Notes: generated from the sequence alone by a model not told the origin. Positions 12,128-25,699 are shown, counted from the first letter of the stretch. The stretch: DNA of 64,000 nt from Octopus sinensis (GCF_006345805.1 NC_043017.1:32674001-32738000), one strand, 5' to 3'. Numbers and translations are program-made.

Positions 12128-12513
12128 GTAGACACTTGCCCAAGGTGCCACACAGTGGGTTCAGTCCCACTGCGTGACACCTTGGGCAAGTGTCTTCTAA
12201 ATGTAGCCTCGGGACGACCAAAGCCTTGTGAGTGGATCTGGTAGACGGAAACTGAAAGAAGCCTGTCGTATATATGTACATATATATATGTATGTATGTG
12301 TGTCTGTGTTTGTCCCCTTAGCATTGCTTGACAACCGATGCTGGTGTGTTTACGTCCCCATCACTTAGCGGTTCAACAAAGAGACCGATAGAATAAGTAC
12401 TGGGCTTACAAAGAATAAGTCCCGGGATCGATTTGCTTGACTAAAGGCGATGCTCCAGCATGGCCACAGTCAAATGACTGAAACAAGTAAAAAAGTAAAA
12501 GAGAGTAAAGAGT
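12128..12513 (+). mobile_element. SINE family A, rearranged 5' end
   Basis: Consensus body and tail. Confidence 0.85.
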
Positions 12514-12521
12514 ATGTGATA

Positions 12522-13125
12522 GATGGTAGAATGAATATTGTACCAAAATATTTTGAACAATAATTTATGGGACTCTGTAGAAAAGCTCCAGCTTTGTGAA
12601 GGGTGGGTTTTACAACAGGATAATGACACTAAGCAAACGGTGAAGTCTACCAAAAATGGATTGTCAATCACAATATAAAATTATTAGAATGGCCAAGCCA
12701 GTCACCTGATTTGAACCCCATTAAAAATTTGTGGCAATATTTGAAAATTAAAATTCATTCAAGAACCCCAACAGGCATTGCAGATTTGAAGAAAATTTGT
12801 CAAGAAGAATGGGAAAAAATTCCGAAAAAAACATGCCAGTCATTGATTAAGAACTACAAGAAGAGATTGGTTGAAGTAGAACTGAATAATGGTTATACTA
12901 TGAAGTATTAAATCAGAATTATCAGTTATTTATGTTCTGTACGAATACTTTTTTCACCCCTAAATATTTATAATTGAATATAAATTCCTTAGTTACTATA
13001 ATTTATTAGTTTATTTTGCATATTCTTAGTTTATGCATGTGTATGCAAATATAGTATTGGTATATCCCATTTATGTTCATTAGAAATTAAATAAATAAAG
13101 AATTTTGACATGTACGAATATTTAT
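12522..13125 (+). mobile_element. Tc1-family transposase fragment (C-terminal catalytic region) and 3' non-coding end
   Basis: LQQDNDTKQT..STK.W......LEWPSQSPDLNPIKNLW...K..I.........DLKKICQEEWEKIP...CQSLIKNYKKRL; stop at 12911; catalytic E replaced by K. Confidence 0.9.
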
Positions 13126-13231
13126 TTCCTTACACTTTATGTTGTGATAATTGTTACTGCTTTATGTCACTTGACTCTTGCTCAGCCTTTGTTAGTCACA
13201 TTTATAATCATAGACATTCCAGTTGTGGCAA

Positions 13232-13386
13232 TCATCATCATTGTTTAACGTCCGTTCTCCACGCTAGCATGGGTTGGACGGTTCAACCGGGGATCTGGGA
13301 AGCCGGAAAGTTACACCAGGCTCCAGTCTGATCTGGCAGTGTTTCTAGAGCTGGATGCCCTTCCTAACGCCAACCACTCCGAGAGT
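13232..13386 (-). mobile_element. Family D retroposon 3' end with (TGA)n tail
   Basis: CATCATTGTTTAACGTCCG...GCTGGATGCCCTTCCTAACGCCAACCACTCCGAG, shared with seven other copies. Confidence 0.8.
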
Positions 13387-13616
13387 GTTACATATTATTT
13401 TTCAGCCAGTGTGCATTGAAGACCTTATTTAGCCAACATGGAATTCCTTTCTAAAAGTGATTATCAGCTTTAAGAGAGATTTGGCTGCTATTTCTGTATG
13501 AGGTACAGATGTGGCATTGGGGTAATAAGTTTGCTTCCCAGCCACATGGTTCCAGGTTCAGTCCCACTGTGTGGCACCTTGGGCAAGTACCTTCCACTCT
13601 AGCCCCCAGCTGACTA

Positions 13617-14090
13617 ATCATCATCATCATTGTTCGACCGTGGTCGAGACAATGGAATTTACCATGCTATGCCAGACTTCACGGTCCATCATGGCATTAC
13701 GGAGGTCCTGTTGCTGGATGCCTGTATCCCTGGAGATTACATCAGGGTAGGAGAGTGTGCGCCCTCTGGTATTGCGAGTAGATGGCTTCCAGAGGAGAAG
13801 AGTAGAAATTGCCTCGTTTTCAGCTCTACAATAATGTCCAGCAAACTGGACTCTCCTACCTTTCACAAGAGATGACACAGGTGGTAGTTTCCCATATATT
13901 TGCATTTTGGTTGGACGACGCTTCCACGAGAGATTTTGAGCTCTCATAAGGAGGCAAGTGTAGGTTCCATCCAACCGCCTCTCAAGCTTCTTTGATAACG
14001 TCCAGGTTTCTAAGCCAAATAATAGAATTGGTTCAACTGTGGCTTTGAAGATTTCAAGTTTGAAGTCTCTACTTAGATTTGATGACTATT
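13617..14090 (-). mobile_element. 5'-truncated RTE-clade LINE (post-RT C-terminus) with (TGA)n tail
   Basis: KLEIFKATVEPILLFGLETWTLSKKLERRLDGTYTCLLMRAQNLSW...RRVQFAGH...AMMDREVW; open frame to the stop at 13627. Confidence 0.9.
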
Positions 14091-14678
14091 ATCAGTGAAT
14101 TTAGCTGAGGGAAACTGTGAGGAAATTTATACATTACAAGCACTGCTACCCTCACTAATGGCTAATTTATTCACAACCTGCTGGCTTTTTGAGACATCAC
14201 TGGCTGTTTGGCCATCACACTACATCAGTTCTACTGATTTATTTTCTCACACCTTCTCACATTTAGTGCAATTCTGGTTTTTGTATCTGATCTGCAGAAA
14301 TCATTCAAATCCTTTGATATAGTAATGCCATCCACAGGTACAGATGATAATTTTGTCAGCTGATACAGTCAGTGCTTAATTAGCACATGTCGTCAACATG
14401 AGATAATATCAATAGACGTTAGCAACAATTTAAGACAACCTAAACAACACATCAAATTTAATTTGGACGAACCAATTATTATTTCTTACAAACACAGTTA
14501 CTGTCACTAATAGCTAATTTTATTCATAGTCCACTAGCTTTTCATGACATCACTAGCTGCTAAACCATTGTTATACTATATCAGTATGACTGATTATCCT
14601 TTTGGTAACTGATGTGAGGCCAACTGCCGTCGATGATCAGTAGTAAATGGGAAATCATGTGATATGGCAGTGCCATCT

Positions 14679-15064
14679 TGGAAGCACTCCATCAGTTACG
14701 ACGATGAGAGTTCCGGTTGATCCGAATCAACGGAACAGCCTGCTCGTGAAATTAACGTGTAAGTGGCTGAGCACTCCACAGACACGTGTACCCTTAACGT
14801 AGTTCTCGGGGATATTCAGCGTGACACAGATAGTGACAAGGCCGGCCCTTTGAAATACAGGTACAACAGAAACAGGAAGTAAGAGTGAGAGAAAGTTGTG
14901 GTGAAAGAGTACAGCAGGGATCACCACCATCCCCTGCCGGAGCCTCGTGGAGCTTTAGGTGTTTTCGCTCAATAAACACTCACAACGCCCGGTCTGGGAA
15001 TCGAAACCGCGATCCTATGACCGCGAGTCCGCTGCCCTAACCACTGGGCCATTGCGCCTCCACA
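14679..15064 (-). mobile_element. Full-length tRNA-derived SINE, family C, tail type 2
   Basis: 12-bp TSD GCAGTGCCATCT at 14667-14678 and 15065-15076; A and B boxes present. Confidence 0.92.
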
Positions 15065-15169
15065 GCAGTGCCATCTACTGGTACAGTATATATATATATC
15101 ACTCCCCCTACCCACTACTGCACCTGCAAACTGAGGTGCCACCTGGACACCTCATCACTATTTTACTCT

Positions 15170-15428
15170 TTTTCTCTTTTACTTGTTTCAGTCATTTGGC
15201 TGTGGCCATGCTGGAGCACCGCCTTTATTTGACCAAATCGACCCCAGGACTTATTCTTTGTAAGCCTAGTACTTATTCTATCAGTCTCTATGCCGAACCG
15301 CTAAGTTACGGTGACGTAAACACACCAGCATCGGTTGTCAAGTGATGTTGGGGGGACAAACACAGACACACAGACATATACCAGGTGGTTGGTAAACAAG
15401 CTACTTACCACACAGCCACTCCTACGCC
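15170..15428 (-). mobile_element. SINE family A, internally deleted
   Basis: Tail joined to the first 40 nt of the head. Confidence 0.85.
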
Positions 15429-15692
15429 TGTCAATTTCCTTAGAGACACTTCCAATTCATTCTTACTTTCTCTCCTTAATGTCAGTAGCCATGGAGACCC
15501 TCTACAAGAACCTTCTCTAACCCAACCTCTTCCCTCATACCTCCACTCCCGCCCCTTCAAACATACAAATGCAGCAACTCATGAGATCCTTGTCAAATTG
15601 TCAAATCGTCCAACCCATGCCAGCATATCAAATGATGATGATGATGATGATGATGATGGTGGTATACACACAAACATGCACACACACACACA

Positions 15693-15732
<40 letters not shown>

Positions 15733-16164
15733 TTCATTTTCGCATTTGGTTTGAATATTTTTGGATGTGAACTCCTATGTTGAAATAATTCCTTTTTCTT
15801 TTATATTTTGGGTGGGTCACAATGCCAATAATGAATACACACACACACACACTGGTTCACCTTCACTTCTTTATTATTAGTCAACTGGTTAGTTATCTAG
15901 CCAGCTAACTAATTGTTTCCTTGTTTAATCAATCAGAGAAGCAATTAATCAGTTGTCTGCTAAAGTCCTTTCCTTGCTATTTAGGATCTCATCAATGTTA
16001 TGCCCTCTTTCTCCTTCAAAACTGCTTCAGATCTGTTTGTCTTTGAACACATATGTGTGTGTATGTTTGTGTAGTCACACATGCATAAGTGTGTGTGTGT
16101 GCGTGTGTTTGTCTTTGTGGTTGTCCTCCTGATCCCATGACAACCAATCTTGGCTTCTTTTATC

Positions 16165-16775
16165 TTCTCCTTGTTTCAGTCATTAGACTGCGTCCATGCT
16201 GGGGTACCACCTTGAATAATTTTTAGTCAAACTAATCGACCCCAGTACTTATTTTCTCTTTAAAGTCTGGTACTTATTATATCAGGCTCCTTTGTTGAAC
16301 TGCTAAGTTATGGGGATGTCAAAATACCAACACTGGTTATACCGAGTTGTGGTAGGGGATTAACACATACACAAAGATACACACACTCATAAACGATGGG
16401 CTTCTTTCAGTTTCCATCTACCAAGTCCACTCACAAGGCTTTGGTTGGCCTGAGTGTACAGCAGAAGATACTTGCTTAACCCTTTCATTATCAACCCGGC
16501 TGACACTGGCTCTGGCTCTGCAGTACAAATGTCTTGTTTTCATAAGTTTGGATTTAAAATCTTCCACCAAACCTTAGTCACAGTTTATGTTTCTAACACT
16601 AGTTGAATGATAACTAAGTTATTTTACTAAATTCTTTGTTATCTTTAAAGTAATTGAAAGAAACACAGCATCTCAAAATAAATACAGTAACTAAAGGGTT
16701 AAGTTGCTACACAGTGGGACTGAACCCAAATCCATGTGACTAGGAATCAAACTTCTTACCACACGGCCACACCTA
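16165..16775 (-). mobile_element. Diverged SINE family A interrupted by a MITE
   Basis: Consensus resumes on both sides of 16480-16698. Confidence 0.8.
16480..16698. mobile_element. piggyBac-type MITE
   Basis: TTAA|CCCTTT...AAAGGG|TTAA; TSD at 16476-16479 and 16699-16702; splits a SINE. Confidence 0.85.
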
Positions 16776-17274
16776 TGCTTGATTATCATTTCAGCAACAG
16801 TGAAAGAGAATATAACTCCAAATATCAGACTTTAAAAAATGTAAATAAGTACTTAGAACGTTTTATTCAACAAAAACCAAATCATGCAGTGCTCCAGTAT
16901 GGCTGCAGTCAAATGACTTAAACAAGCAAAAAATAAAAGTTGTATGAGATACTGTATGAAAGTACCCCTATTAACTTGAGGCTGGGGTACTTCTGCTTCA
17001 CTTATATTTTATTGGATTTATCAGATTGGATATTAATATGCAATTTCTCCTTCTAACCTTTCTTACACTGTAATGAACCCCTCAAGCTCACTTCCAAATC
17101 TCCCCACCACGACCACCACCACTCTTTTACTTTCTTTTTATACTTCCCTACACAAAAGCTATCTTGCATTGAATAATGCGCATACATGTACTTACAATTT
17201 CTATGCATTCAGTTAGAAAATTTATTCATACACATTTAATTTATGATGCATGGATAATATGATCCTGTATGTAA

Positions 17275-17307
17275 TTTTATATATATATACATATGTATGT
17301 ATATACG

Positions 17308-17340
<33 letters not shown>

Positions 17341-17509
17341 ATTATATATATATATACAGATATATATATATATACAATGTACATATACATATATATATAT
17401 ATAGATATATATATATATATATATACAATGTACATATATATATATATATACAATGTACATATACATTATATATATATATTATATATATATATTATATATA
17501 TATATATAC

Positions 17510-17552
<43 letters not shown>

Positions 17553-17736
17553 TACATATACATATATATATATATATATAATATATATATAATATTATAT
17601 ATATATATATGTATATATATTATATATATATACAATGTACATATACATATAATATATATATATATATATATAATATATATATATATATATAATATATATA
17701 TATATTATATATATTATATATATATATACAATGTAC

Positions 17737-17788
<52 letters not shown>

Positions 17789-17928
17789 GTATGTATGTAT
17801 ATATATATGTATTTATGTAATTATGTATGTATATATATATGTATATATATATAATATATATATATATATGTATATGTATGTATGTATATATATGTATGTA
17901 TGTATGTATTTATATATATATATGTGTG

Positions 17929-17960
<32 letters not shown>

Positions 17961-17985
17961 TACATATATGTATGTATATATATAT

Positions 17986-18019
<34 letters not shown>

Positions 18020-18072
18020 GTATATATATATCTATATATATATATATTATATATATGTATGTATGTGTATAT

Positions 18073-18104
<32 letters not shown>

Positions 18105-18110
18105 CATATG

Positions 18111-18159
<49 letters not shown>

Positions 18160-18160
18160 A

Positions 18161-18191
<31 letters not shown>

Positions 18192-18204
18192 GTATATATA
18201 TATC

Positions 18205-18239
<35 letters not shown>

Positions 18240-18970
18240 GTATATATATATATATGTATGTATATTATATAATATATATATATATATAGATATATATATA
18301 TATATATATATGTATTATATATATATATGTATGTATGTATATATACATATATTATATATATATACATATATATGTATGTATATATATATATATGTATGTA
18401 TATATGTATATATATTGCATTTATTAATACGTAAAGATGCACACTGACACACAGAAACACATATACATTTATACACATGTTTTAAATATATATATATATA
18501 TGCATATGTATATATATAGTATTATATTATGTATACACATGCATATGGATATATTGTATTAAGGTTAAAAGAAATGTGTTGTTCTTAGAAAAATAAGAAT
18601 AAAAACAAAACACCAATAATAACAATAATATTAATCTTTTCTACTATACATACATTATATATATATATATATTATATTATAATTATATATATATATATAT
18701 ATATTATATATATGTTATATTATAATTATATATCTATGTATATTATATTATATATATATGTATTATATTATATTATATATATATACATTATATATATATA
18801 TTATATTATATTATATATATAAATGTATTATATATATATATATTATATTATATATATATATATGTTATATTATAATTATATATATATATATATGTATATA
18901 TATATAATATATATTTATTATATATATGTAGGTATATATGTATGTGTGTGTGTGTGTGTGTGTGTGTGCA
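17275..18970. repeat. Very long (TA)n/(TATG)n microsatellite tract
   Basis: Direct inspection; recurring ACAATGTAC interruptions. Confidence 0.95.
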
Positions 18971-19366
18971 TGTGTATATAGTATGATAAGCGCTAGTATG
19001 TCACATCTCTTTTGTCATGCTTCTAGAAGTTGAAGAATCATTATGCAATATGAAATATTTCCACATCTACTGACTCTTTCTGGTCTCGGCAAGTGAACCA
19101 AGACATCCACAGATCTGCCTTGCGTCTTCCACATCTTCATTGGTTTTCCGGTACCACAAGTAGGTATTGACCATTCACATCTCATATCTGCACCCCCACC
19201 CCCACCCACCCAGAGAAACATCTTTGCGATTGCTCACCCGGCTAGAAGAAAGAGCAATGCCTCTTCATATTGCTGGTTACTTTCTTGCAAAGGAATGTAT
19301 TGGGTATCGATCCCAAAATGTTGGGATGGCCATGTCTAGAATGTGTTTTAGAAATTTATGCACAAT

Positions 19367-19528
19367 GGCGCAGGAGTGGCTGTGTGGTAAATAGCTTGTT
19401 TACCAACCACATGGTTCCGGGTTCAGTCCCACTGTGTGGAAACTTGGGCAAGTGTCTTCTACTATAGCCTCGGGCCAACAAAAGCCTTGTGAGTGGATTT
19501 GGTAGACGGAAACTGAAAGAAGCCCATG

Positions 19529-19559
<31 letters not shown>

Positions 19560-19778
19560 TATATATATGTATGTATGTGTGTGTCTGTGTTTGTCCCCCT
19601 AGCATTGCTTGACAACTGATGCTGGTGTGTTTACGTACCCATCACTTAACGGTTCAGCGAAAGAGACCGATAGAATAAGTACTGGGCTTACAAAGAATAA
19701 GTCCTGGGGTTGAGTTGCTCGACAAAAGGCGGTGCTCCAGCATGGCCGCAGACAAATGACTGAAACAAGTAAAAAAAA
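19367..19778 (+). mobile_element. SINE family A
   Basis: Full-length match. Confidence 0.9.
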
Positions 19779-20195
19779 ATGGTCTCCAATGCTGAGACCA
19801 CCAAATCGTGTAATTTCGACCTTCCTTGGTCTTGTCAATGATGGACACTTGACAGCTATGAGATAGGACCAGCTAATCTCCCCACCAGCAATATATAGAA
19901 AAATGGCACCAGAAGAGACTCCGATGTTGTGATTAGCCAATGAGTTTAATAAAAAATTTAGGGTTAGGGTTATTAGCAACAGACAAAGTATTAATACAAG
20001 CTTTCTGGATAATCGCGATATTGGAGTCTGTTCTGGTACTGTTTTTCTATATATCATTGGCAGGGAGATAAGTAGCTGCTCTCTCTAATAGGTTAAATGT
20101 CCACCAGTGGCAAAATGAAACAAGGAGGGGCAAGGATTTATCTCCCTGCCAGTGACATAAATGAGGGTGAATTTTGCACCAAAAACTATCAGGAG

Positions 20196-20620
20196 AGGTG
20201 CAGGTGCGGCTGTGTGGTAAGTAGCTTGCTTATAAACCATATGGTTCCAGGTTCAGTCCCACTGCATGGCACCTTGGGCAAGTGTCTTCTACTATAGCTT
20301 CGGGCCGACCAAAGCCTTGAGAGTGGATTTGATAGACAGAAACTGAAACCAGCCTGTCGTATATATGTATATGTATATATATATATTTGTGTATGTGTGT
20401 GTATATGTTTGTATGTCTGTGTGTCCTCCAACATCGCTTGACAACCGATGCTGGTGTGTCTATGTCCCCGTCACTTAGCGGTTCGGCAAAAGAGACCGAT
20501 AGAATAAGTACTAGGCTTACAAAGAATAAGTCCTGGGGTCGATTTGTTCAACTAAAGGCGGTGATCCAGCATGGCCGCAGTCAAATGACTGAAACAAAGA
20601 AAAGATTAAAAAGAGAGAGA
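20196..20620 (+). mobile_element. SINE family A
   Basis: Full-length match. Confidence 0.9.
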
Positions 20621-20621
20621 G

Positions 20622-20872
20622 CCTGTTTCGCTCGTTCCGAGTTCGAGAGTAGATCGAGGCCGTCAACGTCCCCGGGGCCTCCAGTTGTTTGCTTTACCGG
20701 ACGGAATTGTGTGTCGTTCTCCCACTGGTGCTAGCTATCCTGTGGAAGACTTCGGAGGGAACCAGCTACTAGACGGCTCGATTGGTCTTTCGGCCCTACA
20801 CCCGGTTCCGACGATCGATTTGCACATCAGAGGCACTTCGGACTTCCACCAGAGTTTCCTCAGGCTTCGTCC
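20622..20872 (-). pseudogene. 28S rRNA: Isolated 28S rRNA fragment (about 250 nt of domain II)
   Basis: GCTATCCTG..GA..CTTCGGAGGGAACCAGCTACTAGA.GG.TCGATT.GTCTTTCG.CCCTA.ACCC...GATTTGCAC.TCAG...GGAC.TCCACCAGAGTTTCCTC.GGCTTCG is the reverse complement of a universally conserved LSU segment; no other rDNA nearby. Confidence 0.92.
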
Positions 20873-20971
20873 CATGGTATGTATCACAGTATAGTTTGTT
20901 CTAACAGAGCATCCATGTTTAAGTGGAGATAAATATTACCCCTCAATATTTATATTTCCTCTGCTATTAAT

Positions 20972-21367
20972 ACTCTTTTTACTTGTTTCAGTCATGTGAC
21001 TGTGACCATGCTGGAGCACTGCCTTTAGTCGAGCAAATCAACCCCAGGAGTTATTCTTTGTAAGCCTAGTACTTATTCTGTCGGTCTCTTTTGCCGAATC
21101 GCTAAGTAACGGGGACGTAAACACACCAGCATCGGTTGTCAAGCGATGTTGGGGCAACAAACATACCACACAAACACACGCATATATAAATATACATATA
21201 TACGACAGGCTTCTTTCAGTTTCCGTCTACCAAATCCACTCACAACGCTTTGGTCGGCCTGAGGCTATAGTAGAAGAAACTTGCCCAAGGTGCCACGCAG
21301 TGCGAGTGAACCCGGAACCATGTGGTTCGTAAGCAAGCTACTTACCACACAGCCACTTCTATGCCTA
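20972..21367 (-). mobile_element. SINE family A
   Basis: Reverse complement of the consensus. Confidence 0.9.
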
Positions 21368-21674
21368 TATATATATTTTTAGAACAGAACACGCTTTTAC
21401 AATGCTCTCTTGATTCTTTCCTTCCTCTGCGCTTCCTTCTATCTCTGACTTTTTGGAAAAATATTCGAGATCAAAATGTCAAAGACATTTCTGCTTGTTT
21501 AATGTTTCTCTGAACATTCAATTCCAAATAACATTTTCTCTTCTCTGATGTCATCTTCAGCGTAAATTCTGAAGGTAATTGTCTGTAATATTTGAAATAA
21601 AAAGCTGAATCATTTAGATTTCTGAAAATATCCATAATTCAAATACCATGGATATATTTTATAATGTTCATACA

Positions 21675-22105
21675 TCAGCTCTTTCTCTCTTTTTCTCTCT
21701 CTCTCTCTTTCCCTCTCTCTCTCTCTTTCTCTCCAAATACATACATGTATGTGTGTATGCACATCCATCCATCCATCCATCTATCCATATATACATATAT
21801 ACATACATACATACACACATACATACACACACATACATACATACATACATACACACATATGTACGTACATACATAAATACACACACACACATACATACAT
21901 ACATACATACACATGTACGTACGTACATACACACATACATACACACACACATGCATACATACATACACACACACATACATACGTACATACATACATACAC
22001 ACATGCATCCATCCATCCATACATACACACATACATACATACACACATACATACACACATACATACATACACACATACACACATACACACATACATACAT
22101 ACATA
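21675..22105. repeat. (CT)n then (CATA/CA)n microsatellite
   Basis: Direct inspection. Confidence 0.95.
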
Positions 22106-22393
22106 TTGACTGTTACCCCTGCATCTGATGAGGAATGACCATGCCTGTCTCCTTGATGGCTTTCTTCAGTTGCCTGAATTCCAGACCTTTCTTCTGCAGG
22201 GCAATGATCATGGCAGCCAGTGATGCTTAGAGGTCTTACTGTACAGATTGACCGGGTTGAAATTGGGGGGAAATCCCAGTCATTTCTACACAAATTTACT
22301 GAACAGCCACTCCACTGTCTCTACCCAAATTATTGCAAAGTCATAATGCAAAAATGGAAATACTTATTTAAAAGGAATAAGAATAGAAATGAG

Positions 22394-22748
22394 CCACTGC
22401 GTGGCACCTTGGGCAAGTGTCTTCTACTATAACCTCGGGCTGACCAAAGCCTTGTCAGTGGATTTGGTAGGTGGAAACTGAAAGAAGCCTGTCGTATGCA
22501 TATGTATATATATGTGTATGTGTGCGTGTGTGTTTGTGTGTCTGTGTTTGAACCTAGCATTGCTTGACAACCGATGCAGGTGTGTTTATGTCCCCGTCAC
22601 TAAGCGGTTCGGCAAAAAGCGACAGATGGAATAAGTACTGGGCTTACAAAGAATAACTCCCGGGGTCGAGTTTCTCGATTAAAGGCGGTGCTCCAGCATG
22701 GCCGCAGTCAACTGACTGAAACAAGTAAAAGAGTAAAAGAGTAAAAGA
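22394..22748 (+). mobile_element. SINE family A, 5'-truncated
   Basis: Consensus body and tail. Confidence 0.88.
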
Positions 22749-22749
22749 G

Positions 22750-23250
22750 AGCTCTTACCTCTGTTGGCAATTAAAAGTTTTTCTCTCAGAGTGAAAAGAA
22801 AAGTGTATGAAGCATGTATGCAAACAGTAATTCTGCATGGTAGTGAGATGTGGGCCCTGAATGCAGAGGACATGTGAGGGCTAGATAGGAATGAGGCTAG
22901 TATGCTCCATTGGAAGTGTAATGTGAATGTACATGTCTGACAGAGTGCAAGAATACTGAGAGAAAAATTAGGCATAAGAGGAATTAGATGCAATGTACAA
23001 GAGAGAAGACTCTGCTGGTTCGGTCATGTTATGGGGATGGATGCTGAAAGCTCCATAAAGAAGTGCTGATCTCTCAAAGTTGGTGGAATTTGTGAAGGAG
23101 AGAGACTCAGGGAGACATGGGATGAGGTACTGATGGACGACCTCTGGATGCTGAAACTTTCAGACAAAATAACAAAAGACTAAGTTACCTGGCACCATAC
23201 TGTACTCAAGAGGACCTATCGTCTCACAGCAGAAGTGTTAAGGCCACATC
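22750..23250 (+). mobile_element. Degenerate RTE/BovB-type LINE 3' fragment
   Basis: SLRVKRKVYEACMQTVILHGSEMWAL...LDRNEASMLHW...LREKLGIRGI...QERRLCWFGHV...TWDEV..DDL with in-frame stops. Confidence 0.88.
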
Positions 23251-23267
23251 GCCTATATATATATATA

Positions 23268-23856
23268 TATATAATACTCAACTTGTGTGTTTGTGTGTTT
23301 AACTTCCCGGCACATCTCCTCCTAGCCAACAAATCATAGAACCACCAAAAATGGGTCACTTTAAGTTTAGGCGAATGAAAATTGAACTGCGCTATTTCTG
23401 TTTGGAAATTCATCTCGCAAGTGCAAAAATCGATAATGTGTTTATTTAGGCCTTATCCCATGCATTGAATAGTGAACTTTACTCAGTCAGCTGTTTGACG
23501 TGAACTGTGTTCACCACGCGTGCAAGCATGCATAAATTGCATAAAAAATAAAAAATCAAGATATAAAAATGAATCGCTATAGACATTGTAGAAATTCGGC
23601 AAAGAAATGAATTTTCGGGATGTATTTTGGAGGGTTTTTTCGTATTAATCGTTTGGACTTTGTGAACACATACCAATTGTTTTCATAACATTTTTAATGC
23701 TTTGAATTAAATATGACCATTTTGCGTTGAGTCTGCAGTTTGAATCACTTTAACCAAATTTTAGCAGGTTGGATTTTTGGTCATCATGATACATCGCCAG
23801 CGACTCCCTGAAACTCTCCCCTGAAATCCCCGTTGAGCCAGGCAATACTGCTACTA
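23268..23856 (+). mobile_element. Possible non-autonomous Helitron-like element in (TA)n
   Basis: 5' TATA..GTGTGTTTGTGTGTTT start, GC-rich subterminal hairpin remnant and CTAC end; recognised by pattern only. Confidence 0.35.
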
Positions 23857-24149
23857 TATATATATATATATTGAGAAAAAAAGTCGTCAGAATTTTGGAA
23901 AAAAAATTCTTTATATTTCTTCATTATTATTAGTACTTTCTTCTGTTTCTTGAACTTGTCAAATAAAATTTTATGAATGTACAAACAGCTTGTTCATTAA
24001 TATAAGACAGATGAGGTACTGAGACCCCCCCCCTCAAAAAAAAACATCTGCTTTATATAAATGAACAAGCTGTTTTTACATTCATAAAATTTTATTTGAC
24101 AAGTTCCAGAAACAAATGAAAGCGCTGATAATATTTAAGAAATAAAAAG

Positions 24150-24525
24150 ATTTTTTTTTCCAAAATTTGGTAGAATTTGAACTCAGAATGTGAACAAGGA
24201 GGAAATGCTGCTAAGCATTTCACCCAGTGTGCTAATGCTTCTGCCAGCTCACCACCTTAATGTAGTTATAAATATATCATACCTATTTCTTTATTACCCA
24301 CAAGGGGCTAAACATAGAGGGGACAAACAAGGACAGACATAGGTATTAAGTCGATTACATCGACCCCAGTGCATAACTGGTACTATATTTATCGACCCCA
24401 AAGGGATGAAAGGCAAAGTCGACCTCGGCGGAATTTGAACTCAGAACGTAACGACAGATGAAATACTGCTAAGCATCTCGCCCGGCGCGCTAACGTTTCT
24501 GCCAGCTCGCCGCCAATAAATAAAC
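24150..24525 (-). mobile_element. SINE family B (full copy plus a second head)
   Basis: GGCGGCGAGCTGGCAGAAACGTTAGC head on the minus strand; tail CCCCTTGTGGGTAATAAAGAAATAGG. Confidence 0.85.
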
Positions 24526-24699
24526 ATATTATACCAAAATATTCGACAGAGTAGTCAAGGTTAGAATGTCTTTGATCATACATCAGTTAGGTCAGTACTG
24601 ACCTGTGGCTAGACAACAACTCAGATACTTGGAGGCAAAAAAGCAACTAAGTATCTTCTATAGAAACACAATAAACGGCATATTCGAAATCCTCATCAT

Positions 24700-25262
24700 C
24701 ATGAGTGGCTGTGTGGTAAGTAGCTTGCTTACCAACCACATGGTTCTGGGTTCATCCCCACTGCGTGGCACCTTGGGCAAGTGTCTTTTACTATAGCTTT
24801 GAGTCAACCAAAGCCTTGTGAGTGGATTTGGTAGATGGAAACTGAAAGAAGCCCGTCGTATATATATATATATATATAGGTGTAGGAGTGGCTGTGTGGT
24901 AAGTAGCTTGCTTACCAACCACGTGGTTCCGGGTTCATTCCCACAGCGTGGCACCTTGGGCAAGTGTCTTCTACTATAGCCACGGGCCGACCAAAGCCTT
25001 GTGAGTGGATTTGGTAGACAGAAACTGAAAGAAGCCCGTCATATATATATATATATGTATGTGTGTGTGTATATGTTTGTGTGTCTGTGTTTATCCCCCC
25101 CAAATCGCTTGACAACTAATGCTGGTGTGTTTACGTCCCTGTAACTTAGCGGTTCAGCAAAAGAGACCGATAGAATAAGTACTGGGCTCACTAAGAACAA
25201 GTCCTGGGGTCGATTTGCTCGACTAAAGGCAGTGCTCCAGCATGGTCGTAAAAGTGTAAAGA
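24700..25262 (+). mobile_element. SINE family A head followed by a full-length copy
   Basis: Two tandem heads at about 24700 and 24878. Confidence 0.88.
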
Positions 25263-25699
25263 GTATCATTTTTAGTTTTCCATGCTAGCATGGGTTGGAC
25301 GGTTTGACTGAAACGGATAAGTCAGGGACCTGCGCCAGGTTCCAATTTGATTTGGCAAGGGTTTTTCTACAGCTGGATCCCCTTCCTAATGCCAACCACT
25401 CCGAGAGCATAGTGGGTGCTTTTTATGTCCTACCAACATGGGTTCCATTGATCTGACTCTGGCATTGGCCACAACTACAGTCTTACTTGGCTTCACAGGT
25501 CAACACAAACACGATACATCACCAAAGGTCTTGGTCAACTGGCAATGCATTGAGTCTTTGAGCAAGACACTTTATTTCAATGTTGCTTAAGTCTGCTCAG
25601 CAGACAAAAATAAATAGTAAGAAGTATTTCAAAGGGCCAGCTTTGTCACATTCTGTGTCATACTGAATCTCCCTGAGAACTATATTAAGGGTACATTAA

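Noticed and set aside
14990-15064. tRNA-like sequences at SINE heads
   Set aside because: No complete cloverleaf acceptor stem or terminator; these are SINE promoters, not tRNA genes.
17250-18478. Long Tyr/Ile-rich ORFs (up to 303 aa), likewise at 59398-60396, 28048-28965, 21668-22293 and 52512-52916
   Set aside because: Translations of (TA)n, (CATA)n and (ATAG)n microsatellites that lack stops by composition.
22118-22145. GCAT-CTGATGA-GGAATGACC-ATGC hammerhead-like start
   Set aside because: No GAAA box or stem III.
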